Positions 31,923 to 43,933 are shown, counted from the stretch's first letter. The stretch: DNA of 64,000 nucleotides from an uncultured delta proteobacterium (GCA_963735595.1 CAVTLK010000002.1:480001-544000); one strand, 5' to 3'. The notes: generated by a model from the sequence alone, not told the origin. Numbers and translations are program-made.

Positions 31923-32464
31923 TTAATCGTATTTGATCAATTCATAGGGGAATTCCAGTTCCTTTCCCGTCAACAGGGCCACCAGCGCGTTCCAGATGGT
32001 ATCTGCCGATGGCGGACAGCCGGGAAGGAAATAGTCTATCTTGACCACCTCGTGGAGGGGATAGACTTTATCCAGCAGGATCGGAATATCCTCGTCATTG
32101 GGGATGATCCCGCCGTCGGTGACGGTCGGTCCTTTGAGAAACGCCTCTTCGAGACATTCCTTGAGCGGCACCGTGTTGCGCATCGAGGGGACGGCATTGG
32201 CGACGGCGCATGACCCGATGCCGATGAGGATCTTGCAGTTCTTCCGAAAATCCTTGAGGACCTCCACGTGCTCGTCGTTCTGACCCCGCCCTCGATGATG
32301 CCGATGTCTACGGGCCAGGTGAACTCCTTTATATCGTTGATGGGCGACCGATCAAAGTCGACCATCTTCGCCAGCTTGAGTATCCGGTCGTCGATATCCA
32401 GGATCGACATATGACAGCCGAAACAGCTGGTCAGATGCTGCGTTGCAATGAGTGGCTTTGCCAT
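31923..32464 (-). CDS. hoxY: Hydrogenase small subunit, frameshift near 32285
   Basis: SCFGCHMSILDID, IIEGGV, then GIGSCA and LPGCPPSAD. Confidence 0.9.
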
Positions 32465-32485
32465 CTCTCGTACCCCTGTGTAATG

Positions 32486-33202
32486 TTAACCGCTCTTTTT
32501 CTTGCCCTCGATCTCCCACCCGATCGGGTGCATATCGAACCGCCGCTTACCGACAGGCGTCCGGTATCCGACGCGTTTGACGAGAAGCGCCCCCGTGGGG
32601 CAGATCGTCGCCGCTCGGTCGGTGACGGCCATATCGGTCTCGCCGAGATTATGCACCGCGTTGACGGAGATCTTCTTGTGGATGCCGCGCCCTTCGAAGG
32701 AAAAGACGGTCTTGCCGTCGAGAAACTCCGAGGCGCGGATGCACCGGCCGCAGAGGACGCAGCGGTCCCGGTCGATATACATATCGGGGTGGGATGCGTC
32801 CACCGTGCACTGCGGTCTCAGGTAGGGGAGCGTGGGGGTAAGCATCTGGGTGTAGTACCCGAGCGCCTGTAGCTCACACTGCCCGCTGGTCTCGCAGGCG
32901 GGGCAATAGTGATTACCCTCGACTAAATGCATTTCCACCACCCTGCAGCGGTGGTCTTTGAGCTGTTTCGTATTATTCTCCACCACGATTCCGTCGGCCA
33001 CGGGGAAGAGGCAGGAGCCCGCGGGCCTGCCGTTTACCATCACGGTGCAGATGCGGCAGTTCCCGCCGGACGGGAGGTCCTTATGCCAGCAGAGCCGCGG
33101 GATGTAGATACCGGCGGCGTCGGCGGCCTCCATGATGGTCTGTCCCTTTGTTGCCTTTACCTTCACCCCGTCTATCGTGAAGGTTACCGTTTCCTGAGTC
33201 AT
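32486..33202 (-). CDS. hoxU: Diaphorase Fe-S subunit
   Basis: IPRLC, GNCRICTV, EGNHYCPACETSGQCELQ, RCVLCGRCIR, ICPTGAL. Confidence 0.93.
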   Translation of the reverse strand: MTQETVTFTIDGVKVKATKGQTIMEAADAAGIYIPRLCWHKDLPSGGNCRICTVMVNGRPAGSCLFPVADGIVVENNTKQLKDHRCRVVEMHLVEGNHYCPACETSGQCELQALGYYTQMLTPTLPYLRPQCTVDASHPDMYIDRDRCVLCGRCIRASEFLDGKTVFSFEGRGIHKKISVNAVHNLGETDMAVTDRAATICPTGALLVKRVGYRTPVGKRRFDMHPIGWEIEGKKKSG

Positions 33203-34980
33203 AGGTTTGCCTCCTCTTCGCCGTGGGGTTTCCTGCCCGCGATCTGGGCGCCATCGGCGACGGCCTTCGCGAAATCGAAACGCCCGATATAGTCGGCCGG
33301 CTTGATCGCGGCGTCATAGAGCTCCGGGAAGTTCTGCATGCTGGTGAGGATCGGGTTTGGGGCGGTCTGGCCGAGGCCGCACCGGCTCATAGTCTTGATG
33401 GTTTCGCCGAGCAGCTTGATGTTTTCGAGGTCAGACCTGGTTGCCCGGCCTTCGATGACTTTATCGAATTCCTTGAGCATGAGCGTCGTACCGACCCGGC
33501 ACGGTGTGCACCAGCCGCACGATTCTTCTACGAAGAACTCGGTAAATTGCCTCATGTGGGTCAGGAGATCCCTGCCGGGGCCGAAGAAGATGACCGAGCC
33601 GCCCGTGGAGAAGTCCTCGAACGAGATGGTGCGGTCAAAATCGTTCGGCGCGACGAGCCTTCCTGAAGGCCCGCCGATCTTGGCGGCGATGGCATGTTCG
33701 GCCCCCACCATCTTGAGGAACCGGGTGACCGTGATGCCGTATTCGATCTCGTAGACGCCGGGCCTGCTGCAATCGCCTGAGACCGATAACAGCTTCGTGC
33801 CCGCGGAGCCCTCGGTGCCGATGGTCGAGAACCACTCGGCGCCCTGCTCCACGATCCGGGCGGCGGCGCACAGCGTCTCCACGTTGTTGACGGCGGTGGG
33901 GCGGTTCATGTATCCCTTTTCCACCGGGAAAGGAGGCCGCTCACGCGGGGCGCCCCGTTTCCCTTCAAGCGACTCGATGAGCGCGGACTCCTCGCCGCAG
34001 ATATAGGCCCCCGCCCCGATCTGAATCCTGATGGCGAAATTGAAGCCTTTCTTGCCGAGTATGTTCTGGCCCAGCAGCCCCTTCTTTCTTCTCTCTTCGA
34101 GAATCCGCTTGAGATCCTCCAGCATATATTCGTATTCGCCCCTGAGATAGACGATCCCGTATTCAGCGCCGATGGCGTATCCCGCGATCGTCATTCCCTC
34201 GAAGACGAGGTCGGCCCGCTGGCTCATGATGACCCGGTCTTTGAACGTGCCCGGCTCTCCTTCATCGGCGTTGCAGACGATGTACCTGAAGTCGCTCTTG
34301 ACGTTTCGGCAGGCTTCCCACTTCTTGCCGGTCGGGAAGCCCGCTCCGCCGCGTCCGCGAAGCTTGGATTTCTTGACCTCCTCGATAACCTGCTCCGGGG
34401 TCATCTTGATGGCCGCGCGAAGCGCCGTCCCGCCGTCCATGGGCGCGAAGACCACGGGTCCCGAGCGTCTCAGGTTCACGTCCGTGAGCGCCTGGGCTAA
34501 CTGCGAGATGTCTTCCCCTTTTCTGATTGCCTCCACGATATCGGCGACATCTTCGGGCAACAGGTTACCGACGGGAGTGTGGTTGATGAGCGCCGAGGGC
34601 GCCTGGTCGCTCATGCCGATACACTGGGCATAGGCCAGCGTGATCGATCCATCCGGCGTAGTTTCGCCGAACTTGACGCCCACCGCCTCTTCAAAGGCAC
34701 GGGCGATTTCCGCTGCCCCTTTCATCTTTTCCACGACGCTGTTGGAGAGGCGGATGACGGTCTTGCCGACCGGTTTTTGGGAGAAGAAGGTATAGAAGCT
34801 GATCTTGTCCCGTACTTTGACCCGCGGGATACCCATCGCCTCGCTGATATGGCCGATGGTCTCTTCGGAGAACCACCCGTCCTTGGCGTTCACCTCCAGG
34901 AGGACGTCCATGAGGCGCGTCGGGTCCCTTCCATACTTCTCCGCAACCTTTTTGACGAATAAGGCGTGGTCTTCGCTCAT
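33199..34980 (-). CDS. hoxF: Diaphorase flavoprotein subunit (NuoE-like + NuoF fusion)
   Basis: LRGRGGAGFPTG, CNADEGEPGTFKDR, GAGAYICGEESAL, ESCGWCTPCRVG, SRCGLG. Confidence 0.93.
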   Translation of the reverse strand: MSEDHALFVKKVAEKYGRDPTRLMDVLLEVNAKDGWFSEETIGHISEAMGIPRVKVRDKISFYTFFSQKPVGKTVIRLSNSVVEKMKGAAEIARAFEEAVGVKFGETTPDGSITLAYAQCIGMSDQAPSALINHTPVGNLLPEDVADIVEAIRKGEDISQLAQALTDVNLRRSGPVVFAPMDGGTALRAAIKMTPEQVIEEVKKSKLRGRGGAGFPTGKKWEACRNVKSDFRYIVCNADEGEPGTFKDRVIMSQRADLVFEGMTIAGYAIGAEYGIVYLRGEYEYMLEDLKRILEERRKKGLLGQNILGKKGFNFAIRIQIGAGAYICGEESALIESLEGKRGAPRERPPFPVEKGYMNRPTAVNNVETLCAAARIVEQGAEWFSTIGTEGSAGTKLLSVSGDCSRPGVYEIEYGITVTRFLKMVGAEHAIAAKIGGPSGRLVAPNDFDRTISFEDFSTGGSVIFFGPGRDLLTHMRQFTEFFVEESCGWCTPCRVGTTLMLKEFDKVIEGRATRSDLENIKLLGETIKTMSRCGLGQTAPNPILTSMQNFPELYDAAIKPADYIGRFDFAKAVADGAQIAGRKPHGEEEANL

Positions 34981-35079
34981 TACTGCTCCTTTTTAGAAGT
35001 ATATACGTTCCGGAAAGATAGAGATAACCGCGGCCTGCCGACGCCGCGTTCGATACGGAATTGATACTATGACAGTATT

Positions 35080-35095
35080 AGCAATCCCTATGCCA
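35080..35095 (-). promoter_or_regulatory. Sigma-54 promoter of the hox operon
   Basis: Minus strand TGGCATA-GGGA-TTGCT, 100 nt upstream of the hoxF ATG. Confidence 0.82.
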
Positions 35096-35295
35096 ATAGA
35101 GGGGATGGTGATGGGGCGTTCCGGTGTTTAACGCGACGCCGGCAGGGTTCAGGCCGGCGCGCTGCGACGTGCTGAAATCGTTGAGAAAAGGGGAACCGAT
35201 TTGGAAGGACGGCGCCCGCTGCCGACTGCCGGGCGGCCCTCCGGATGCCCGATGCGCCCCGGCCCCGCGATGTGGCTGCCGGGCGGGGTGCCGGG

Positions 35296-35334
35296 CGGTT
35301 CGTTTTGCCCCACCGGGTGGTGCAAAATTCCTCT
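35296..35334. promoter_or_regulatory. Tandem enhancer sites upstream of the hox promoter
   Basis: CGGTTCGTTTTGCCCCA-N5-TGGTGCAAAATTCCTCT; the same arrangement recurs at 41582-41620. Confidence 0.6.
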
Positions 35335-35397
35335 TAGGGGAAAGGAGCGGATCGGCGGTATCGCCCGTATCGCTGTCATCGGCGGCGGACGGCCCGG

Positions 35398-36781
<1,384 letters not shown>

Positions 36782-36874
36782 CCGGTGTTACCTTTCGTGT
36801 ATCACAACCCGCCCGTTTGGGCGCGCAGTCAAAAACCCCGGCCCCCGTTCACCCTCCACGGGACGTTTCGGTTA

Positions 36875-38725
36875 TTAGTGCTCTTCGCGCGTTTCAACCT
36901 CGACGGGAAGCCGGACGGTAAAGGCGGTCCCCCCCGTCTCCGGGCTCGCCACCGTGATCGTCCCGCCGTGTTTCTCGATGATCCCGTAGCTGATGGCAAG
37001 CCCCAGCCCCGTTCCCGAGCCCGTGGAGGAGGGGCCCTTGGTCGTAAAGAAGGGCTCGAAGATCCTGCCGATGTCCTTTTCGGGGATGCCGGGACCGGTA
37101 TCGGTAATGACGGCATCGAGGAACGCGCCGTCGGCCGAGAGGGCCGTCCTGATATCCAGCGTCCCGGCGCCCTGCATCGCCTCGGCCGCGTTCATGATGA
37201 TATTCATGAAGACCTGCTCAAGCTGCGTCGGGTCGGCGATGACGCCGGGTGGAGAGGCGGCAAGGTCCCTGGTGATTGTGATGTGGTAGAAAACTCCCTG
37301 CTGGTCGAGGAGCGCCAGCACGTTTTCGAGGGCGTCGTTTACGCTGGTAGAGACGAAGTTCAGCTTGGTCGGGCGCGAAAACTCGAGGAGCCCCTTGACG
37401 ATCTCCTTGGTCCGGGAGGCAGACGTCAGGATCTTCTCTATATACGCGTAGCGGGGGTCGTCCTTGCCGGTCTTTTCCTCCAGCAGGTTAGCGTAGACGA
37501 AGATACCGCCGAGGGGGTTATTGATCTCGTGGGCGACGCCGGCGGCAAGCTTCCCGAGGGACGCCATCTTGGCCGACTGGAGCATCTGCTGTTCCCGTAT
37601 CCGGCGCTCGGTCACGTCGATGACCAGCCCCTGATACCAGGTGCCGGACCGGTCCTTTTTCATGTGCGCGGTCAGCTGCACGTCGATGGGCTGGCCGTTC
37701 TTCTTCTTGAACGTGACCTCGTAGTCCTTTACGTAGCCGTCGCGCTCGATGGTCTCCTGGAACCTCAGGCGCTCGGCCGGGTCGGCATAGAGCTGCGTCG
37801 GGATGTCGATGGACAGGAACTCCTCCTTGGCGGTGTAGCCGAGCATATCCAGGAGCGTCTGGTTGCAGTCCATGAATCTCCCCTCGCGGGAAGAGAAATA
37901 GAGGCCGTGGCGCACCGTCTCGAACAGGTAGTGGAAGTTCTTCTCCGATTCGAGCAGGTCCTGCTGGGCCGAGAGGATGTCTCTCAGGTCGTAGAAGAAA
38001 CCGACGGTCGCCACCTCCCTGCCGTCCTGGTAGATGAGCGATCCCGACAACATCACCGGGATCTGCTCGCCGCTCTTGGCTATACCCACGTAGCGCTGCG
38101 AGGCCAGCTTCCCCTTCCCGCCGTATTTCTCGTCCCGGAGTTTCCGCATGATGTCCTGCGCCACGCCGGGGGGGTAGAGGGCGGCGGCGTTCATCTTGCC
38201 GATCACCTCTTCGGCGGTATACCCGAGGAGGTTCTCGGCCCCCTTGTTGAAGATGATGATGGCGCCCTTCATGTCGACGGCGATGATGCCGTCGTACGAG
38301 CTTTCGATCAGGGAGGTCATGAACTCGTTGGAGCGGCGGATCTCCCGCTCCATCAGGATGCGCTCGGTGAGGTCACGGACGAATATGGCGATCTTCTTCT
38401 TGTTGTCCGGGGTGCCCGCCGTGCTGACGCAGACCTCGAAGGGGTGCGGGTCGCCCGAGGAGACGACGATCTCCATCTCCATGCAGAACCGGCGGCTCTC
38501 CAGGGCCGGGCTCCCTTCACACAACTCGAAGAGGAAACCGCGCCCCTTCGGGTCGAGCAGCGAGGAGAAATCGGTCCCGATGAGGGCCTCGTAGGGGTAA
38601 CCGGTCAGCTCCGTGGCCATACGGTTGACGTTCTTGATATGGTAGGTCTCATCCAGCAACAGGATGCCGTTATCCCCCATCTGGAATATCCACTCGTAAT
38701 CGGATATCGGCATCGGAATCTCCAT
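36875..38725 (-). CDS. Cytoplasmic multi-PAS sensor histidine kinase
   Basis: Three PAS-like segments, AGVAHEINNPL, QVFMNIIMNA, DTGPGI, IFEPFFTTK, GTGLGL; no TM segments. Confidence 0.92.
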   Translation of the reverse strand: MEIPMPISDYEWIFQMGDNGILLLDETYHIKNVNRMATELTGYPYEALIGTDFSSLLDPKGRGFLFELCEGSPALESRRFCMEMEIVVSSGDPHPFEVCVSTAGTPDNKKKIAIFVRDLTERILMEREIRRSNEFMTSLIESSYDGIIAVDMKGAIIIFNKGAENLLGYTAEEVIGKMNAAALYPPGVAQDIMRKLRDEKYGGKGKLASQRYVGIAKSGEQIPVMLSGSLIYQDGREVATVGFFYDLRDILSAQQDLLESEKNFHYLFETVRHGLYFSSREGRFMDCNQTLLDMLGYTAKEEFLSIDIPTQLYADPAERLRFQETIERDGYVKDYEVTFKKKNGQPIDVQLTAHMKKDRSGTWYQGLVIDVTERRIREQQMLQSAKMASLGKLAAGVAHEINNPLGGIFVYANLLEEKTGKDDPRYAYIEKILTSASRTKEIVKGLLEFSRPTKLNFVSTSVNDALENVLALLDQQGVFYHITITRDLAASPPGVIADPTQLEQVFMNIIMNAAEAMQGAGTLDIRTALSADGAFLDAVITDTGPGIPEKDIGRIFEPFFTTKGPSSTGSGTGLGLAISYGIIEKHGGTITVASPETGGTAFTVRLPVEVETREEH

Positions 38726-39204
38726 CAGATATGCGCCGCGCCTGGCACGCGGATGGGGAAATATACCCCATCGGCCGCCCGGGCTGCGGTATGCGGCGGA
38801 ATACGGCGTTCAACTATCTATTTTACTTTTTTACCGGCCCGTCCGCAAGGAGATTTTTTGACGGGAGATTTACCGTGCCGGGCCAATTCGGGACGAATTC
38901 CGGGCTAATGCCGTGAGGGCCGGGCCGACGCGGGGGGGCGCACACGGAGGGGAATCTACGTACGGGCATGTATGGACCATTAATGGACCACGCACGGGCC
39001 CTGTGCGGGCCATGCATGAGGTGAAGCGTGGGGGGGGAGAAGAATCGTTCTTTGCTGCGCCGGGGGCGCGGTACGGCCGCCGCCCCGTCTATAGTCTATA
39101 AGGGGCGGCGGCTGGATTGATGCGACGGGATGCGGCGGGATGCGGCGGCTTCGGCCGGCCGGTTAACGGCCGGGCATCGCGCGGCAGGGGCGGCCGGGTA
39201 GATA

Positions 39205-39627
39205 TTACCCCACGTCCCCGAGCTCGCCTTTCTTCGGTTGTGCGTCCTTCCTAAGGGCCCGCTCGACCAGTTCGAGGAGCTCGGCGGTCTTGACCGGCTT
39301 TTGCATGATGAACCTGGTGCCGAGCTCTTCGGGGGTCACCATGTCCATTTCCTGCTGCAGCCCCAGGCTCGTCAGCACGATGCGGGGGATACCCCTGGTC
39401 CACTCGTCCTGACCGAGCCGTTTGATCAGATTGAAGCCCTCGCTGAAGCTTTCCATGATGATATCGATGACGGCAAGATCGGGGCTCTCCGATTTGGCCT
39501 TGTCGAAACCTTCCTTTCCGGTTGACGCCTCAACCACCACATAGCCGCTGGATTCGAGGATGGTTCTGGTTGCGCTCCTGAAGTCGTTGTCATCGTCCAC
39601 GAGGAGAATCTTTTTTTTCTCTGCCAT
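39205..39627 (-). CDS. Single-domain response regulator
   Basis: ILLVDDD, AVIDIIM, VLTS, QKPV. Confidence 0.88.
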   Translation of the reverse strand: MAEKKKILLVDDDNDFRSATRTILESSGYVVVEASTGKEGFDKAKSESPDLAVIDIIMESFSEGFNLIKRLGQDEWTRGIPRIVLTSLGLQQEMDMVTPEELGTRFIMQKPVKTAELLELVERALRKDAQPKKGELGDVG

Positions 39628-39708
39628 CTGTTCCCCCTTTTACAATAGGTATGAGTATGACCAAAACATCCGGTATTGCACATTACACCAAACGGGCGGC
39701 GCCGGGCG

Positions 39709-40848
39709 CTACTGCGGTGCGCGGGCGGCCGGCAGCCCGACCGTGAACGTCGTCCCCCGCCCGTACTCCGTCTGGAAATCGATCGTGCCGTCGTGGGCCT
39801 CGACGATCTTCCTGACGATCGCCAGGCCCAGCCCCGTCCCCTTGATCGCCTTCGTGTCGGGGCCCTTGACCCGGAAGAACTCGGAGAAGATCAGCGGGAT
39901 GTCCTTTTCGGGTATCCCGAAGCCGGTGTCGGCAAACCGGACGACGCATCGCCGGTCCTCGGTTGTTACGGAGACGGCAAGCGTGCCGCCGCGGCGGTTA
40001 TACTTGACGGCGTTGCTGATGAGGTTGCTGAAGGCCTCCCCGAGGGAGCGCTCGTCGCCGGCAACCCGGGGGGGGTCGCCGTCGACGGCCAGCGTCGCCG
40101 TTACCCCGCTCTCGGCGATCAGCGGGGCCAGGAACTCGAGGTGGCGCGTGATTATCGCCGCCACGTCAAGCTCGGCGAACCCTTCCCGGACCCGGGCGGG
40201 GTCAAACCGGGCAAACGAAAGCCAGTCCCCGATGAGGGCGATCAGGTCGTCCATGCGGCGGTCGGCCTTCGTGATGATGTCCCGCGCCTCGGGCGAGACG
40301 GGCCCCGCCATGTCGCCGAGGATCACCTCGAAATACTGCTTGACGGCCGACAGCGGAGACTGGAGCTGGTGGGAGACGATCGAGATGAAGAAATCGGTCA
40401 TCTTTTTCTTCTCGGCAAGCGCCGCCTCTCTCTCGGCGATAAGCCGCCTGCGCTCCAGCCCCCGGCTCACGATGAGGCGCAGCTCCTCCGGGGTGAACGG
40501 CTTGGGGAGAAAGTCATACGCGCCGTTTCTCATGGAGGCCACGGCGTATTCGATGGTGGCGTACCCCGTGATGACGATCTTGATGATCGAGGGGTCGGCT
40601 TCCCCGATGAGCCGCAGCACCTCCAGGCCTTCGATGCCCGGCATGCGGATGTCTACCAGCGCCAGGTCGGGCGGGTCCGCCTTGGCCAGCTCGATGCCGG
40701 CGGCCCCGTCGGCGGCCGTCAGCACGCGGTAGCCCTGTTCTGAGAGGATATCGCGGCACGCCTCCCGCATGATCGTCTCGTCCTCGATTACGAGGATCGT
40801 CTCGGGAGCGCCCGCCGCAACGCCGTAGGGCAGCTGTTGGTCTACCAT
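39709..40848 (-). CDS. Hybrid receiver-histidine kinase (REC-HisKA-HATPase)
   Basis: ILVIEDE, LVDIRMP, VSHQLQSPL, NLISNAVKY, DTGFGI, GTGLGL. Confidence 0.9.
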   Translation of the reverse strand: MVDQQLPYGVAAGAPETILVIEDETIMREACRDILSEQGYRVLTAADGAAGIELAKADPPDLALVDIRMPGIEGLEVLRLIGEADPSIIKIVITGYATIEYAVASMRNGAYDFLPKPFTPEELRLIVSRGLERRRLIAEREAALAEKKKMTDFFISIVSHQLQSPLSAVKQYFEVILGDMAGPVSPEARDIITKADRRMDDLIALIGDWLSFARFDPARVREGFAELDVAAIITRHLEFLAPLIAESGVTATLAVDGDPPRVAGDERSLGEAFSNLISNAVKYNRRGGTLAVSVTTEDRRCVVRFADTGFGIPEKDIPLIFSEFFRVKGPDTKAIKGTGLGLAIVRKIVEAHDGTIDFQTEYGRGTTFTVGLPAARAPQ

Positions 40849-40921
40849 CGCCGGCAGCCTCTCTCAATCATCAGCGTCTCCCGGTCGTCAGGGGGGCCTG
40901 CCGTCCACGGTATCGCCGCCG

Positions 40922-41320
40922 CTACGGGTTCCTTCCAACGCGGATGCGTATGGCCTCTAAAACGGCAAGCCTGAGCTCCTCGGCGTCAAACGACTTAATA
41001 TAGTAGTAGAAGATATCCTGCTCGCGCACCTTGCTTTCCAGCTCCCGGGTGTTGGTCCGGGCCGTCAGGATGACGGGGAGCGTCCCGTCCACCGCCTTGA
41101 GGATGCCCACCACCTGGTCCCAGGGGGTGTCGGCCAGGCCGACGTCCACCAGGGCGGCCGCGTACCGCGCATCCCTGAGGCACCCGACGGCGTCCACGAT
41201 CCGCGGGCAGATATCCACGGTCAGGCCGTCGCCATGGAAGATCCGCTCGATCTGGGCCTGGGCGCCCGGGTCCGTATCCAGCACCAGGATTCTCTTGGTT
41301 TCCGGTGACATCGGTGACAT
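40922..41320 (-). CDS. Single-domain receiver-like protein
   Basis: RILVLDTD, ALVDVGL, PVILTA, YIKSFD. The ORF-track extension beyond about 41320 overlaps the promoter and is not credited. Confidence 0.7.
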   Translation of the reverse strand: MSPMSPETKRILVLDTDPGAQAQIERIFHGDGLTVDICPRIVDAVGCLRDARYAAALVDVGLADTPWDQVVGILKAVDGTLPVILTARTNTRELESKVREQDIFYYYIKSFDAEELRLAVLEAIRIRVGRNP

Positions 41321-41366
41321 CAGTGACAATCGTACCTGTATTAGACTACTCCTGTTTGTACAAAAA

Positions 41367-41382
41367 AGCAATTCGTATGCCA
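41367..41382 (-). promoter_or_regulatory. Sigma-54 promoter of the signalling cluster
   Basis: Minus strand TGGCATA-CGAA-TTGCT. Confidence 0.82.
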
Positions 41383-41581
41383 ATATCTGCGCGCGGGCGG
41401 GATGGCCGGGCGCCGGACGGCGGGAAGGCCCGCCCGCATCCGCGCCGCCGGTACTGTATGAAATCCTTGAGGAAAAGGACCGGCGGGGGCACGCGCGGCC
41501 CCGCAGGGGGGCGGCGGCGCACCCGGGGCGCGGCGGAGGGGTTTTGCGGCCGGCCGGCGGGGGAGCGGGGGAAGGGCCGCG

Positions 41582-41620
41582 TGGTCTGTTTTGCCCCATG
41601 CGGCGGGTCAAAATGCACCG
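41582..41620. promoter_or_regulatory. Tandem enhancer sites upstream of the signalling-cluster promoter
   Basis: TGGTCTGTTTTGCCCCA-N5-CGGGTCAAAATGCACCG. Confidence 0.6.
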
Positions 41621-41814
41621 GAAAGGCCACGTCGCAAAGCGGGCCTTCGGGGTAGTTTCGGGAGAGGGAGTTGACGGGAGAACCGGTTTTCGCCCGGGGG
41701 GGGAGTGAGGAAGCTGCCGGGCACGACAGGCCGTGTCCCTACGGATTCAAGCACGATACGCCCTTAACACCCGTCGGTACACCACACGTAGTGTCCGACT
41801 GATCCGAGGAATAT

Positions 41815-41843
41815 AAAAAAGGGGGATGCTTGGCATCCCCCTT
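41815..41843 (-). terminator. Rho-independent terminator
   Basis: GGGGGATGC-TTG-GCATCCCCC stem with a U-tract on the minus strand, downstream of 41874. Confidence 0.75.
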
Positions 41844-41873
41844 CGGCCGTATCGGGTTTGTGCCCGATCCTTA

Positions 41874-42443
41874 TTACTTCAGGTACTTCGTCTTTATCTC
41901 TTCGATGAGCCTGGTTTCGTATTCTCCCGTCGACGCGCATTCCCAGTCGTTTTGATACTCGAGGATGGCGAAGGCGAGCATCTTATGCTGTTCCGTCCAG
42001 AACCTCGTCTTTACCGTGAACGTGGTCGTGCCTCCGGAAACTTTCTTTATATCGACGGTATAGGTATACGAGAGGGTCTTCCAGATCTTCTTGGCGCCGG
42101 TTTCGGCCAGGCCGCAGTCGCAATAGCCGAAATTCACTCCCTTTGCCTTATACCCGCTCTTATCTCCGGTAACGTCGCGGTAGTAGGCGATGACCTCCTC
42201 ATCGGTAACTATTGTTTTGATCGTCGTGATCGTCCCCGCGGCCCTGTCGTTCGTATCCAGGACGTAGCCCTTGTCGGCAAAGTACTTGACGAACGCGTCG
42301 TAGACCTTGTCCGCGCCCGCGTTTACCGTCGCGTTGTAGACGGCCACCGGTTGTGCCGGGGTAATAACCGGCGCGGCGGCAGACGAGAGGGCCCAGAGCG
42401 CCAGAATGGTAAGAGAAACGAAGAGAACGAGATACTTTTTCAT
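41874..42443 (-). CDS. Secreted hypothetical protein
   Basis: Signal peptide MKKYLVLFVSLTILALWALSSAAA after GAGGA; contains CDCG and WECASTG. Confidence 0.75.
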   Translation of the reverse strand: MKKYLVLFVSLTILALWALSSAAAPVITPAQPVAVYNATVNAGADKVYDAFVKYFADKGYVLDTNDRAAGTITTIKTIVTDEEVIAYYRDVTGDKSGYKAKGVNFGYCDCGLAETGAKKIWKTLSYTYTVDIKKVSGGTTTFTVKTRFWTEQHKMLAFAILEYQNDWECASTGEYETRLIEEIKTKYLK

Positions 42444-42545
42444 GGTATCCTCACTGAATATGGTGTTAGAGCATGCTAAGCCCATGATCAGTGGAAGTCA
42501 AGCGAAGAAACGGCAGGGAGGCAGTCGTGCCGCATGTCCTTCCCG

Positions 42546-43134
42546 CTAACCCTTCGCCTCCGCCTCAAACAGGCACGTGTCGTCTCCCCGCGCCTTGCAC
42601 CTGGTCTCCCGCACCTGGTAGAGGCCCTTGCCGTATACCCAGTCCGCGATGAACTGAAGGGACCCGGCGTAGTTGGAGCAGAAGGGCTTCGTGCTCGTGG
42701 AGCCGGAACAGATCAGGCAGTCGTGGACGTCGAACTTCGGGAGGCCGCCGGCCTGCGGCACCACGGTGCCCCGGTTGATCGCAACCTTTAACAGCTCGTA
42801 GGCCTTCACGATCCGCTCCTCTTTCGGGAGCTCCTTCATGTAGTCCAGTATATTATACTTGACGACGGGTATTTCCAGCGCCTTGTACCCGATCTGCCTC
42901 AGGACCCCCTGGGCTCCCACGGCGCCGATCAGGTCGATCGCCTGGTGATATATGCTTATCTGTTGTTGTTGGTGAACGCCTTGTCCCACGTCCAGTCCGG
43001 GGGGGATTCGAGGATTTCCCCGTCAGCCCCACCCGTTTGAAAATCATGTCCCGCGCGTTGTGCCCCATGATCTCGCCAACGGTGTCATACGCAGACCGCA
43101 TCGCCATGTTCGTCACTGTCTTTTCCTGTGCCAT
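42546..43134 (-). CDS. Standalone V4R-domain protein (paralogue 2), frameshifts near 42960-43020
   Basis: MAQEKTVTNMAMR...HDCLICSG...FCSNY...ETRCKARGDDTCLFE. Confidence 0.75.
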
Positions 43135-43197
43135 GGTTGATCTATCCTTTCCTGGTGGTGAAGGTATACCTGTACAGATGCCAAGAATATCGAATTA

Positions 43198-43213
43198 CGC
43201 GATAGGCGTGCCA
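43198..43213 (-). promoter_or_regulatory. Sigma-54 promoter of V4R paralogue 2
   Basis: TGGCACG-CCTA-TCGCG; the -12 GC is retained. Confidence 0.6.
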
Positions 43214-43282
43214 CAACGAAAAACGGCGTCCCCACAGCCTTGTCCCGTCACGCCCCCGGCGGCCCCGCGAACCGCTTCCCCG

Positions 43283-43870
43283 CTAATTCTTCGCCCCTAC
43301 CTCAAAAAGGCAGGTATCGTCCCCCAGCGCCTTGCACTTTGTCTCCCTCACCTGGTAGACGCCCTTACCGTATACCCAGTCCGCGATGAACTGGAGGGAC
43401 CCGGCATAGTGAGAGCAATAGGACTTCCTGCTGGTTACGCCGACGCACAGGAGGCAGTCGGGGACGTCCCACGCCGGAAGCCCGCCCGGTTCTGCCACTA
43501 TCCTGCCCTTGTTGGCCGCAAGCTGCAAAAGCTCGAAGGCCTTTGTTATTCTTTCCCCCTGGGGCAGGTCTTTTATGTGATCGGCAACTCCGAACTTGAC
43601 GACGGGGGTTTCCGTGCTTTTGTACCCGATGAGCCTCAAGATACCCTGCCCCCCGACGTCCCCGACCAGTTTCAGGGTCTCTGTGTATATTTTTGCCTGT
43701 TCCTCGACGGTGGCTTCCTTGTCCCAGGTATAGTCCGGGGGCGACCCCAGGACTCTCGTTAACCCTGCGTCTCTGAAAATCATGTCTCTCGCGTTTTCTC
43801 CCATGATCTCGCAGACGGCCTCGTAGGCAGCCCGTATCGCCATTTTCGTTACTGTTTTTTCCTGTGCCAT
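43283..43870 (-). CDS. Standalone V4R-domain protein (paralogue 1)
   Basis: MAQEKTVTKMAIR...PDCLLCVG...YCSHY...ETKCKALGDDTCLFE, which carries the V4R E-x-x-C-x7-C motif. Confidence 0.8.
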   Translation of the reverse strand: MAQEKTVTKMAIRAAYEAVCEIMGENARDMIFRDAGLTRVLGSPPDYTWDKEATVEEQAKIYTETLKLVGDVGGQGILRLIGYKSTETPVVKFGVADHIKDLPQGERITKAFELLQLAANKGRIVAEPGGLPAWDVPDCLLCVGVTSRKSYCSHYAGSLQFIADWVYGKGVYQVRETKCKALGDDTCLFEVGAKN

Positions 43871-43933
43871 AGCTGACGTGTCCCCTCTTGCTGATGATGT
43901 ATACGTAGTACGCAGACCAAGAGTATAGTATCA

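Noticed and set aside
32278..32290. Selenocysteine TGA or recoding in the hydrogenase genes
   Set aside because: The hoxY break is a frame change rather than an in-frame TGA, and the HoxH L2 motif has ordinary Cys (DPCLSC).
41305..41331. 9-nt tandem GTGACATCR repeats at the receiver gene start
   Set aside because: Too short; they only create alternative start codons.
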